Positions 23,421-31,995 of a stretch of 64,000 bases of DNA are shown in pieces; the first letter of the stretch is position 1; every line of letters begins with the position of its first letter. The stretch is from Myxococcota bacterium. GTDB taxonomy: Bacteria > Myxococcota_A > UBA796 > CAJQPC01. The DNA lies in NCBI GenBank assembly GCA_036229005.1, contig JAZAMN010000011.1, positions 32,001-96,000 on the forward strand, given 5' to 3'. A program made the position numbers and the translations under genes. The notes beneath the pieces are model-generated. The model was given only the letters and a program-made list of their open reading frames with translations. It had not been told where the DNA came from and ran no database searches.

Positions 23421-24164
23421 CTACTCGCAGGCCGTCCCGGTCGCGCCGTCAAAGCTCCAGTCCGCGCAGCCGTCGCAGCCCGCGCCGTCCCAGGTGTAGA
23501 CCAGGTCCCCGGCCGAGTGGCCGGACAGGGTCAGGGTGCCGGCGTCGAACTCGTCGCTGCAGGTGCCCGCGTTGCTGATCGAGCCGCTCGCGGTCAACAC
23601 CACGCTGGCGCCGTCCTGCGCGTAGGTCATCAGGCCCGAGAAGTTCGAGCTGCCCTCGCCGTTGAAGAGCCCGTTGCCGTAGCCCTGCCAGTCATCGACG
23701 CCGTAGTCCGCGTAGGTCAGGGTGAGCTGCTGGCCCTCGTAGTCCAGGTCCACGGCCAGGTCGCTGGTCAGGGCCGCGCCGATGTCGATGTTCCCGGTCA
23801 CGGTGACCTCGCTGTTGCCGAAGTCTGTCATCGCGATGCTGCCAGCCGAGTCGCCCGTCTCGGTGAGCACAGCGGTGCCGGTCCAAGCGGTCCCCTCGGT
23901 ATCCGTGCAGTCCCCGCTCAAGGTGGTCACGGTCTCGCTGGTGGCCACCACGCTGGGGCAGTCGGTGGCATCGCCCGCGGCCATGAAGCCCACGACGAAG
24001 GCATAGGCCATCGGCAGCTGAGCGGCGGTGTAGGCCAGCTCCGGGTCCAGCTCCGCCTCTCCGCCCGAGGCGGTGTCCGCAGTGCCCGAGGTGTCGTCGA
24101 TCTTCACGCCGGTGCAGGCCAGCATCAGCAGGAAGGAGAGGACGGTCGTGGTGCGCAGGGTCAT
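23421..24164 (-). CDS. Hypothetical lipoprotein, paralog of 20028-20741
   Basis: GGAGGT SD, LMLAC lipobox, conserved CP, GxCTD and CxxCxDW...CE pattern. Confidence 0.8.
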   Translation of the reverse strand: MTLRTTTVLSFLLMLACTGVKIDDTSGTADTASGGEAELDPELAYTAAQLPMAYAFVVGFMAAGDATDCPSVVATSETVTTLSGDCTDTEGTAWTGTAVLTETGDSAGSIAMTDFGNSEVTVTGNIDIGAALTSDLAVDLDYEGQQLTLTYADYGVDDWQGYGNGLFNGEGSSNFSGLMTYAQDGASVVLTASGSISNAGTCSDEFDAGTLTLSGHSAGDLVYTWDGAGCDGCADWSFDGATGTACE

Positions 24165-24301
24165 GGGTCTACCTCCAAGCGCCCCTATCCCACCGCGCCC
24201 CGAGAGCCCCTGGACGCAAGCGAGGAGATCGTGCTCTTTTTCAAGGAATCCGATATACTACGCACTGATCCCTAGTCCACGCTTCGGTCAAGGCTCTTCA
24301 C

Positions 24302-25594
24302 ATGTCAACCCTCCGCGCTCGCATCGCCGCCACGGCCATCGTCGGCTCCCTCGCCGTCGCTGTCGCAGCCCTGATTCCCTGGCCGAGCCGCACCCAGGCC
24401 CAGCCCGAGCCCGTCGTGGAGCCCGCCCCCACCCTGCCCGAGCCGGAGCCCGAGCCCCGCTTCACGCAGGTCTCCCACAAGATCAAGCGCGGCCAGGCCC
24501 TGGGCAGCATCCTGCCCGACTACGGCGTGCACCAGGTCGACGCGGTGGTCGAAGCCGCTCTGCCCTGGGTGGACCTGCGCAAGATCTACGCCGGCAAGGA
24601 GCTGCACTTCACCCAGGACCGGGAGCTCGGCGGCAAGACCGTCGAGATGCGCTACGTCCTGGACGAAGACCACACCCTGGTCGTGGACCTGAGCGGCGAG
24701 ACCCCCACCGCCTCCGTGGACGAGGTCCTCTACACCGCCCAGCCCGAAGAGAAGGTGCTGATCGTGGACGGCAGCCTCTGGGCCGCCGCTGTGGAGGCCG
24801 GCCTGCGTCCCGCCGACATCGTGCGCATCGCCAAGGTCTTCCAGTACGACGTGGACTTCAACACCGAGCTGCAGGCCGGCGCGCGCTTCTCGGTCATCGG
24901 CCAGGCGCTCTACCGGGAGGACGGAAGCTACGCCAAGATGGGCGAGCTGCAGGCCGTGCGCCTGGAGAACAAGGGCGAGACCTTCACCGCCATCCACTAC
25001 GTCCACAGCGACGGCGAGACCGACGGCTGGTACCACCCGGACGGCACCGCCTCCAAGAAGCCCTTCCTGCGCAGCCCCCTGGACTTCGCGCGGGTCACCA
25101 GCGGCTTCTCCACCGGCCGCTTCCACCCCGTCCTCAAGAAGAAGCGCAAGCACCTGGGCACCGACTTCGGCTGCCCCACCGGGACCCCCGTGCGGGCCAC
25201 CGGCGACGGCGTGGTCAAGGTCGCCAAGACCCACGGCGGCCACGGCAAGCACGTGGTCGTCCAGCACCCTGGCGGCCGCGTCACCAAGTACAGCCACCTG
25301 AGCGCCTACAAGGTCAAGCCCGGCCAGAGCGTCAAGCAGGGCCAGGTCATCGCGCTCTCCGGCAACACCGGCATGAGCACCGGCCCCCACCTGCACTACG
25401 AGCTGCACGTGGGCGGCAAGCCCGTGGACGCCATGACCGTCAAGCTGCCCAACACCGAGTCCATCCCCTCCGGCGAGAAGTCGGCGTTCAACGCCCAGAA
25501 GGCACTCCTGGTCGCGCAGCTTGATGAGCTCGCCAAGCCCCAGGACACCGGCGGGCCCGCGCTGGCCGATGGCGGCCCCTCGCCGGCGGAGTGA
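24302..25594 (+). CDS. M23 family peptidoglycan DD-endopeptidase (MepM/Csd3-like)
   Basis: N-terminal TM segment, FLRSPL, HLGTD (HxxxD), GNTGMSTGPHLHYE (HxH). Confidence 0.9.
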   Translation: MSTLRARIAATAIVGSLAVAVAALIPWPSRTQAQPEPVVEPAPTLPEPEPEPRFTQVSHKIKRGQALGSILPDYGVHQVDAVVEAALPWVDLRKIYAGKELHFTQDRELGGKTVEMRYVLDEDHTLVVDLSGETPTASVDEVLYTAQPEEKVLIVDGSLWAAAVEAGLRPADIVRIAKVFQYDVDFNTELQAGARFSVIGQALYREDGSYAKMGELQAVRLENKGETFTAIHYVHSDGETDGWYHPDGTASKKPFLRSPLDFARVTSGFSTGRFHPVLKKKRKHLGTDFGCPTGTPVRATGDGVVKVAKTHGGHGKHVVVQHPGGRVTKYSHLSAYKVKPGQSVKQGQVIALSGNTGMSTGPHLHYELHVGGKPVDAMTVKLPNTESIPSGEKSAFNAQKALLVAQLDELAKPQDTGGPALADGGPSPAE

Positions 25595-25636
25595 GCTGGG
25601 CCTCCAGATGAGCGCGCCGGCGTATAGAGTGGGGCC

Positions 25637-27568
25637 ATGGTGCTCCTGGCTCTGATCCCACTGCTCCCCACCGCCCAGGCCGCCGTGGCCCCCGTTCAGC
25701 AGGCCTGGATCCGCCTCCCCGACGAGGACACCCGGGCGCAAGCCGAGTCGATGGGCGCGAACTTCGCCGAGGGCGTGGACGGGCCCTGGGTGCTCATGGA
25801 CGCCCGCGCTGACGACTGGCCGGCCCTGCAGGCGCGCTTCGAGACGCGCGCAGCGCCCGCCACCATCGCGCCCCCCAGCCCCGAGGGCTACCGCAGCGCC
25901 GAGGAGATCAACGCGGCCCTGCGGACGATGGCCGAGGACCCCGCCGCCACCCTGCTGGACCTGGGCGAGAGCGGGGAGGGCCGCCCCATCCTGGGCCTGT
26001 CCATCGGCCCCCAGGACGCCCCCGCATTCCGCATCCTGGGCGCGCACCACGGCGACGAGGCCCCCTCCGCCGAGCTGGCCCTGGCCGTCGCGGAGGCCGT
26101 GCTCGGGGGAGAGGGCGCGTGGGCTGGGCTCAGCGAGTCCCTGCACCTGGTCGTGGTGCCCGTGGTCAACCCGGACGGCCTGGAAGCCGGCAGCCGCTAC
26201 AACGCCAGCGGCGTCGATCTGAACCGGAACTACGACTACGAGTGGGGCGAGGGGGCCTTCCGCGGGCCGGCCCCCTTCTCGGAGCCCGAGACCCGGGCCG
26301 TACGCACCCTGAGCCTCTACCACCCCTTCCACGCCGGCCTGAGCCTGCACACCGGCGCGCTGAACCTGGGCTGGCCCTGGAACCACACCACCGAGCTCTC
26401 CCCCGACGAGGACCGGATGGCCGCACTGGGCGAGGCCTACGCGCGCTACTGCACCCACCCCGACTTCTACACGACCAACGGCGCGGCCTGGTACACCACC
26501 ACCGGGGACACCAACGACTGGTCGCTGGGCCGCCAGGGCACCCTGGACCTCACCCTCGAGGCCTGGGAGGACAAGCAGCCCGCCGCCAGCCAGCTCGACA
26601 CGGTCCTGAACACCCACCTGCGGGCCATCGCCGAGTTGCTGAGCACCCCCGTGCCGCTGCGCGTCCAGGTGGTCGACGCCCAGACCGGTCAGCCCCTGCA
26701 GGCCGAGCTCTCCGTCGGGGAGCGCGCCAGCCCCTTCTGGACGGGCCCGGACGGTGACGGCAGCCACATCCTGGAGGTCGGGATCTACACCCTGGAGACC
26801 CGGGCCCCCGGCTACACCACCGACACCCGCGAGCTGCGCCTGCCCGCCGAGGAGATCGTCAGCCTGGAGGTCGCGCTGGAGCCTGCCGATCTGTTGGAGC
26901 AGCGCCTGGAGCCCACCTTGCTGCCCTGCTGCGAGCCCACGGAGCTGCAGATCCTCGACGCCTCCGGTGCCCCCATCGACAGCCCCCCTGCCCTGCTGAC
27001 CCTCTCCCGCCCGGGCTTCGAGTCCAAGCGCCTCGCGCTGCGGGGGGACAGCTACCCCATCGACCCCAGCTACTACGCGCCCGGCCCGTGGACCGTGGAG
27101 AGCGAGCAGGGTGTGCTGCCCAACGCGCTGCTGGTGGCCTCGCAGGGGGGGCTGATCCGGCTGGAGGAGCTGCAGGTGGATGCTCAGACGGTGGACCTCA
27201 CCGCCTCGGGCTTGGGACCCAGCCCCTCCCTCTTCCTGCTCTCTGGGCCCACCCGAGGACTGACTCGGCTGGAGCTGCAGGAGCACAGCGACACCCACCT
27301 GCGCGCGGCCCTCCCCGAGGGGCTCTCGGGAACCGTGGACCTGCTGATCGTGTCCAGAGGAGAGCAGCTCGTCATCGCCGACCTGCTGGGAGAGCCCGAG
27401 CTGGATCCTGGAACCCCCGCTGAGCCTTTGGACACCGCGCCGCCTTGGCAGGGGCAACAGCTCGTCGGTTACGGCGGCTGCAGCTCCGCTCCCCGCCCTG
27501 TCCCTGGGAGCCTGTGGCTCTTGCTGGCCACCCCCCTGCTGCTCTGGAGAGCCCGCCGATGCGCATGA
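25637..27568 (+). CDS. M14 zinc carboxypeptidase with regulatory-like domain and MYXO-CTERM-like tail
   Basis: AHHGDE, VNPDG, DLNRNY, FSEPET, SLH, LTLE. C-terminus GGCSS-hydrophobic-RARR. Confidence 0.85.
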   Translation: MVLLALIPLLPTAQAAVAPVQQAWIRLPDEDTRAQAESMGANFAEGVDGPWVLMDARADDWPALQARFETRAAPATIAPPSPEGYRSAEEINAALRTMAEDPAATLLDLGESGEGRPILGLSIGPQDAPAFRILGAHHGDEAPSAELALAVAEAVLGGEGAWAGLSESLHLVVVPVVNPDGLEAGSRYNASGVDLNRNYDYEWGEGAFRGPAPFSEPETRAVRTLSLYHPFHAGLSLHTGALNLGWPWNHTTELSPDEDRMAALGEAYARYCTHPDFYTTNGAAWYTTTGDTNDWSLGRQGTLDLTLEAWEDKQPAASQLDTVLNTHLRAIAELLSTPVPLRVQVVDAQTGQPLQAELSVGERASPFWTGPDGDGSHILEVGIYTLETRAPGYTTDTRELRLPAEEIVSLEVALEPADLLEQRLEPTLLPCCEPTELQILDASGAPIDSPPALLTLSRPGFESKRLALRGDSYPIDPSYYAPGPWTVESEQGVLPNALLVASQGGLIRLEELQVDAQTVDLTASGLGPSPSLFLLSGPTRGLTRLELQEHSDTHLRAALPEGLSGTVDLLIVSRGEQLVIADLLGEPELDPGTPAEPLDTAPPWQGQQLVGYGGCSSAPRPVPGSLWLLLATPLLLWRARRCA

Positions 27569-28779
27569 CCCCTCTGGCCCTGGCCCTGCTGTTGACCGCG
27601 TGTGACCGGGACCGGATGTACTCGGAGAACACCTTCTCCGACAACGTCTACCAGGCCTACGCGGAGTGCTCGCCCGGCGAGATCTCCTTTCTGACCGAGC
27701 GGCACGGCATCCAGACCGCGTTCGAGCCCTGCGGGTCGAACAACTTCGTGGCCTTCGCCTGGGCGCCGGATGGGGTGAACCTCTACTTCCAGCTCCCCCT
27801 GTCCGCGCACATCATGAACGGCGAGACCAAGGAGGTCGTGGCCCTCCCGACCGAGGTCCCCGTCTCCACCCCGGCCTGGCTGAGCCCGGAGCTGCTGGTG
27901 CTGCCCCTCAAGCCCTCGGCCGGCAAGGAGGCCCCCCGCCTGGTGCTCTTCGACCGCGTGCAGGCCAACATGAACACCCTGGAGCTGCGCGGCTACACCA
28001 ACCCCGAGCACCTGACGGCCAGCGGAGACCGGGACAAGGTCTACCTGAGCGCCGAGCAGGACGGTGCGCCCAAGCTGCTGCTGGCGGACTTCACCACCGG
28101 CGAGATCACGCCGGCCTTCCCCTGGCACAGCGGCCCCATCTCCGATCTGGACTTCGAGCCCACCCTGGGCCAGGTGGCCATCGCCAGCCAAGGCAGCGTC
28201 AAGGTCTACGACACGGAAGGCACGCTGCTCTACGCCTTCGACGACGCCAGCGGGGTCGACCTGCACCCTGGGGGCCGGTACATCGCCCTAGAGACCCTGG
28301 GCGACGCCATCTCGCCCTTTGACCAGCGCACCTGGAACGAGCTGAGCGACCAGTCCCGCGAGCGCGAAGAGCGCCGCATGCAGGAGTGGCTCGCCAAGCA
28401 GCCCGACTGGGTGGACAAGGAGGTGCAGCCGCCCGTGCTGGACGTGTTCGATGCGGGCACCCAGGAGCGCTACCGCCTGGGCTACGTCTACGGCGACCGC
28501 TTCCAGTGGTACCCGGCGCGGGACTACTACGCGTCCTTCGTGCTCTGGGGCCTGGAGGGCAAGGAGCTCAACCGCAACGTGGCCCTCACCCAGCTCCACG
28601 AGCGCCTGCGCATGGCGGCAAAGGGCACCTTCTCCCTGGGCGTCGAGCAGCGCCCCTACACCCCTGTTCCCGGCACCGAGGTGCCCAGCCTGGCGCCGGC
28701 TCAGGGCGGCGAGGGATCGGATGCGGGTGGATCCGAGAACACCGGGTCAACGAACACCCCCCCGGTGAACCCCGGGTGA
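27565..28779 (+). CDS. Lipoprotein with probable TolB-like beta-propeller
   Basis: ATGA overlap; MTPLALALLLTAC; FAWAPDG, PAWLSPE and LHPGGRY blade-like motifs. Confidence 0.7.
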   Translation: MTPLALALLLTACDRDRMYSENTFSDNVYQAYAECSPGEISFLTERHGIQTAFEPCGSNNFVAFAWAPDGVNLYFQLPLSAHIMNGETKEVVALPTEVPVSTPAWLSPELLVLPLKPSAGKEAPRLVLFDRVQANMNTLELRGYTNPEHLTASGDRDKVYLSAEQDGAPKLLLADFTTGEITPAFPWHSGPISDLDFEPTLGQVAIASQGSVKVYDTEGTLLYAFDDASGVDLHPGGRYIALETLGDAISPFDQRTWNELSDQSREREERRMQEWLAKQPDWVDKEVQPPVLDVFDAGTQERYRLGYVYGDRFQWYPARDYYASFVLWGLEGKELNRNVALTQLHERLRMAAKGTFSLGVEQRPYTPVPGTEVPSLAPAQGGEGSDAGGSENTGSTNTPPVNPG

Positions 28780-28802
28780 ACGGTGACCCCCCAGGGTGGG
28801 GA

Positions 28803-28837
28803 GAAATCACCAAAATATTCGTGATTTCAATAACTTG
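28803..28837 (+). promoter_or_regulatory. AT-rich inverted repeat and IHF-like site upstream of the sigma54 promoter
   Basis: GAAATCAC-N10-GTGATTTC; TTTCAATAACTTG matches WATCAANNNNTTR with 1 mismatch. Confidence 0.55.
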
Positions 28838-28842
28838 AAGAC

Positions 28843-28859
28843 TTGGCACAACTCCTGCT
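28843..28859 (+). promoter_or_regulatory. sigma54 (-24/-12) promoter of the fliA-like gene
   Basis: TTGGCACAACTCCTGCT: TGGCAC-N5-CTGCT with exact GG-N10-GC spacing. Confidence 0.75.
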
Positions 28860-28892
28860 TTGCACCTGGGTGCACACAGTCAGGAGGACCCC

Positions 28893-29642
28893 ATGTCCAC
28901 ACAAACCGCCCGTACGCCCACGGGTCGCCGAGAGGAGCTGATCTTGGCCCACTACCCGATGGTTCGGAAGGTGGCCTACCGGATGGTCAGTCGCTTCCCT
29001 TCTTGTGTCGAGGCTGAGGACCTCGTCACCATCGGCACGCTGGGCTTGATCGACGCCGTCGATCGCTTCGAGGAGACGCGCTCCATCAGCTTCTCGGCCT
29101 ACGCCCGCATCCGGGTACAGGGCGCCATCCTGGACGAGCTCCGCAAGGAGGACTGGATCCCCCGCAGCGTCCGCAATCGCCACCACAAGATCCAGGCGAC
29201 CCGCGATGACCTGCGCGAGAAGCTGGGCCGCGACCCCAGCCACAGCGAGCTGGCCGCCGCGATGGAGGTCACCACCGAGCGCCTGAGCGAGATGATCCAG
29301 AACTCCACCCTGCGCTCGCTGGTCTCCATGGAGGACAGCACCGGCGCGGGCGAGGAGCCCATCCACTCCACCCTCCAGTCCGACGACGAGTCCCCCTGGG
29401 ACGAGGCGGTGCAGCACGATGTCTCCGCCCGGGTGCGGGAAGCGCTGCAGTCCCTGCCGGACCGGGAGCGTCAGATCGTGGACCTGTACTACTACCGGGA
29501 TCTGTCCTTCAAGGAGATCGGCGAGCTGCTGGGGGTCACCGAGTCCCGCATCTCCCAGCTCCACAGCCGCCTGCGCAACCGCCTGATGAGCCGCCTGCAG
29601 GACCTGATGGACGACCCCATGGAGCTGCTGCGCGCCGCCTGA
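28893..29642 (+). CDS. fliA: FliA/WhiG family RNA polymerase sigma factor
   Basis: AGGAGG SD; GLIDAVDRF, GAILDELRKEDWIPRSVR and EIGELLGVTESRISQLHS. Confidence 0.9.
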   Translation: MSTQTARTPTGRREELILAHYPMVRKVAYRMVSRFPSCVEAEDLVTIGTLGLIDAVDRFEETRSISFSAYARIRVQGAILDELRKEDWIPRSVRNRHHKIQATRDDLREKLGRDPSHSELAAAMEVTTERLSEMIQNSTLRSLVSMEDSTGAGEEPIHSTLQSDDESPWDEAVQHDVSARVREALQSLPDRERQIVDLYYYRDLSFKEIGELLGVTESRISQLHSRLRNRLMSRLQDLMDDPMELLRAA

Positions 29643-29668
29643 GGCCGCAGGGCCTGTGACTCGGAGGC

Positions 29669-30625
29669 CTAGAGCGGCGCGATGCTCCAGTAGCGGTCAT
29701 TGAGCTCCCGCATGCCCATGCGGGAGCTCACGTTGAGCGCCAGGAAGCCGTCGATCTTGCTGGGGAGCCTGGGGACCACCAAGAGGTCCACGTTCTTGAA
29801 GGTCACCGTGCCCACCTGGATGCTGTCCACGTGCACCAGCTTGCCCTCGAGCGTGCCCACGCCGGTCAGCATGCTCAGGTGCGGCATCACCTCGGTCACG
29901 CCCTCGGCGCCCTCCATCGCTGCGGCGTCGACGTAGGTCCAGGCCGCAGAGGTGTCCAGGCCCAGCCAGAGCTCCTTGCCCGCGAGCTGGGTCTCGAAGC
30001 GCCAGTACCCGTCGGAGGGGTCCTGACGGACCTTGCCCTCCTCTTTGAGCTGGACGCCCTCACACTCCGGGTGCTGCCCTTCGAGCGTGGCGATCGCGGT
30101 GCCGGCCGTGCCCCGCAGCTCGGGACTGACGAACCAGAGCTGCCCCCAGGTCACCATCGCGTCGCAGGGCTTCTGAAGCTCCTCCTGCAGCTCGGCCAGC
30201 GCCCGGAGCTGCCGGTGCCCCTTGGAGCCCCTGGCGGCGACCTGCTGGCGGCGCAGGGTCAGCGCCTCGTCCTGTCGGCCGGCGAGGGCGAGCTCGGCCA
30301 CGAGCTGGTCCGCGTAAGGGGAGTTGGGCTTCCCATCGCTCAGCGCCTGGGCGAGCTCGATGGCCTTGGCGTGGTCCGCGAGCTGAATCGCCAGGTCCAG
30401 GTGCTTGCTCATCAGCGTCTTGTTCTCGCCGCAGGCCGCGTGGAAGTCGCTGTAGACCTGCATGGCCGCGGGCCCATCACCCGCCTCTGCGAGGGTCGTC
30501 GCCAAGGCGTTGACAGAGTCCGTCTTGCAAGGGGCGGCCGCCACCGACTTGCGGTGGTTGTCGATGGCCGTGGCGTAGACCCCGTAGGGGCTCGGCTCGC
30601 AAGCGCTCAGCAGGAGCAACAACAT
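29669..30625 (-). CDS. Lipoprotein with TPR-like helices and retropepsin-like aspartyl protease domain
   Basis: LLLLLSAC; LGLDTSAAWTYVD; VDSIQVG; DGFLALN. Confidence 0.7.
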   Translation of the reverse strand: MLLLLLSACEPSPYGVYATAIDNHRKSVAAAPCKTDSVNALATTLAEAGDGPAAMQVYSDFHAACGENKTLMSKHLDLAIQLADHAKAIELAQALSDGKPNSPYADQLVAELALAGRQDEALTLRRQQVAARGSKGHRQLRALAELQEELQKPCDAMVTWGQLWFVSPELRGTAGTAIATLEGQHPECEGVQLKEEGKVRQDPSDGYWRFETQLAGKELWLGLDTSAAWTYVDAAAMEGAEGVTEVMPHLSMLTGVGTLEGKLVHVDSIQVGTVTFKNVDLLVVPRLPSKIDGFLALNVSSRMGMRELNDRYWSIAPL

Positions 30626-30691
30626 GATGACCTCCAGGCTCCCCCTCCCCCACTCGCGGAGGCTCTGGAACCGAGGCCCACAATAACCGAC

Positions 30692-31375
30692 TCAGCGCTC
30701 CAGGCAGCGCTCCACCTGCGCGGCGGTCTCCCCGACAAAGGCGACGCCCTGGGGTCCCGGGGTGCCGCACTGCTTCTGGCCGTTGACCAGCACGCAAGGG
30801 TCCACCAGCCGACCATCCGGCGGAGGCTCGCCGGCCGCAGAGACCCGGCAGTGGACGGGCCCCCGGAAGAAGTCCAGGCCGATGTGGAAGGACTGGATCC
30901 GGATGTCGTAGCGGCTGGAGAGATCGTCCCGGTACACAGCCAGGGCGACCAGCAGCGGCGAGAGGGCCTGCAGGTCGGCGGGCGAGGCCTTGGGCGGCGT
31001 GCGGAGCGCCCCCGGCGGCACCAGGATGCGGATGCGGCCCAGGTGCTTCTCGCTGTCAAAGCTGATGGTGAGCTGGACGGTCTCCGAGAAATAGGGCGCC
31101 AGCGCCACGCTCAGCGCCGTGATGGCCTTCTGGTCGGAGAAGTAGCTCTTGTAGAGGGCGCCGATGCCCTCCCAGACGATCTCCACTGGCACCAGCTCAG
31201 CGCCCTCGACGGGGGTCGGGGGCGGTGCGGGCTCGGCGGGCGCCTGGGACAGCAAGGCCTGGGCCGCAGCCTCCGCCTCTTCTGGCGTGGGCTGGGTGAC
31301 CTCGGGGGCGGGCGGATCGCTGCAGCCGCTCCCGAGCAGGAGCAGCCCCAGGACGGTGGGCCCGAAGGCGATCAG
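30692..31375 (-). CDS. Hypothetical lipoprotein with probable CTG start
   Basis: The frame extends upstream of the ORF-track TTG (31255) to a signal peptide and lipobox (IAFGPTVLGLLLLGSGC). CTG 31375 overlaps the upstream TGA. Confidence 0.65.
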   Translation of the reverse strand: MIAFGPTVLGLLLLGSGCSDPPAPEVTQPTPEEAEAAAQALLSQAPAEPAPPPTPVEGAELVPVEIVWEGIGALYKSYFSDQKAITALSVALAPYFSETVQLTISFDSEKHLGRIRILVPPGALRTPPKASPADLQALSPLLVALAVYRDDLSSRYDIRIQSFHIGLDFFRGPVHCRVSAAGEPPPDGRLVDPCVLVNGQKQCGTPGPQGVAFVGETAAQVERCLER

Positions 31376-31893
31376 GAGATCAGCCCCTTCCGCTTCTTCA
31401 CATCGCGGACGGCCTTGTCCATCGCGACCTCGAAGTCGACGGTGCCCTCCTTGATGTTCTTGATGGAGGCGCGGGCCTCCTCGCGGATGGCGCGCTCGTC
31501 GACATCGTGGGTGCGGATCAGGTCCAGGGTCTTGCGCCAGAGCAGGCCGTCATCGGTGAAGACCTCCTCGACGAAGCGGCTGATCATGAAGTTCTCGATG
31601 AACTGCCGGGCCAGGAACTTCTCGACCGCGTCGCCGGTGGGGTGGTTCCACTCCTCGGCCACGCGGTTGCGCCACTTGCCGTACTGGTCGTAGCTGGCGT
31701 TGACGGTGGCCATCTGCTCCTTGACCTTGTCGCGGAGCTGGTAGTCCCGGCGGAGGTACTCCTCCATGATGGACACCAGATCCAGCTCGGCCTCCGAGCG
31801 GTTGGCGGGCTCAACCTCGATGTCTCCGCCGTTGCAGAGCTCCTCGATGACGTGGCGCGCGATCTCCGGGACGCGGGCGCGGTAGAGCTTCAT
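31372..31893 (-). CDS. DUF507 family protein
   Basis: MKLY...GDIEVE...FMISRFVEEVF...EEARASIKNIKEGTVDFE...KGLIS, as in myxobacterial DUF507 proteins. Confidence 0.8.
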   Translation of the reverse strand: MKLYRARVPEIARHVIEELCNGGDIEVEPANRSEAELDLVSIMEEYLRRDYQLRDKVKEQMATVNASYDQYGKWRNRVAEEWNHPTGDAVEKFLARQFIENFMISRFVEEVFTDDGLLWRKTLDLIRTHDVDERAIREEARASIKNIKEGTVDFEVAMDKAVRDVKKRKGLIS

Positions 31894-31995
31894 TCCAGCC
31901 TCCTGTGCCGGGTTCACTAGCCGCTCGGAGCCCGCTGCGCCAACCCCAGCGGCGAATGGTGGAGGCCGGATGCAGAAAAGTCGAAATGCAGCCCC

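Noticed and set aside
24241..24259. sigma28 promoter before the M23 peptidase (TCCGATAT)
   Set aside because: No TAAA at the required spacing; the overlapping TATACT is better read as a sigma70 -10.
24305..27457. 1050-aa minus-strand ORF
   Set aside because: Antisense shadow of the M23 and M14 peptidase genes.
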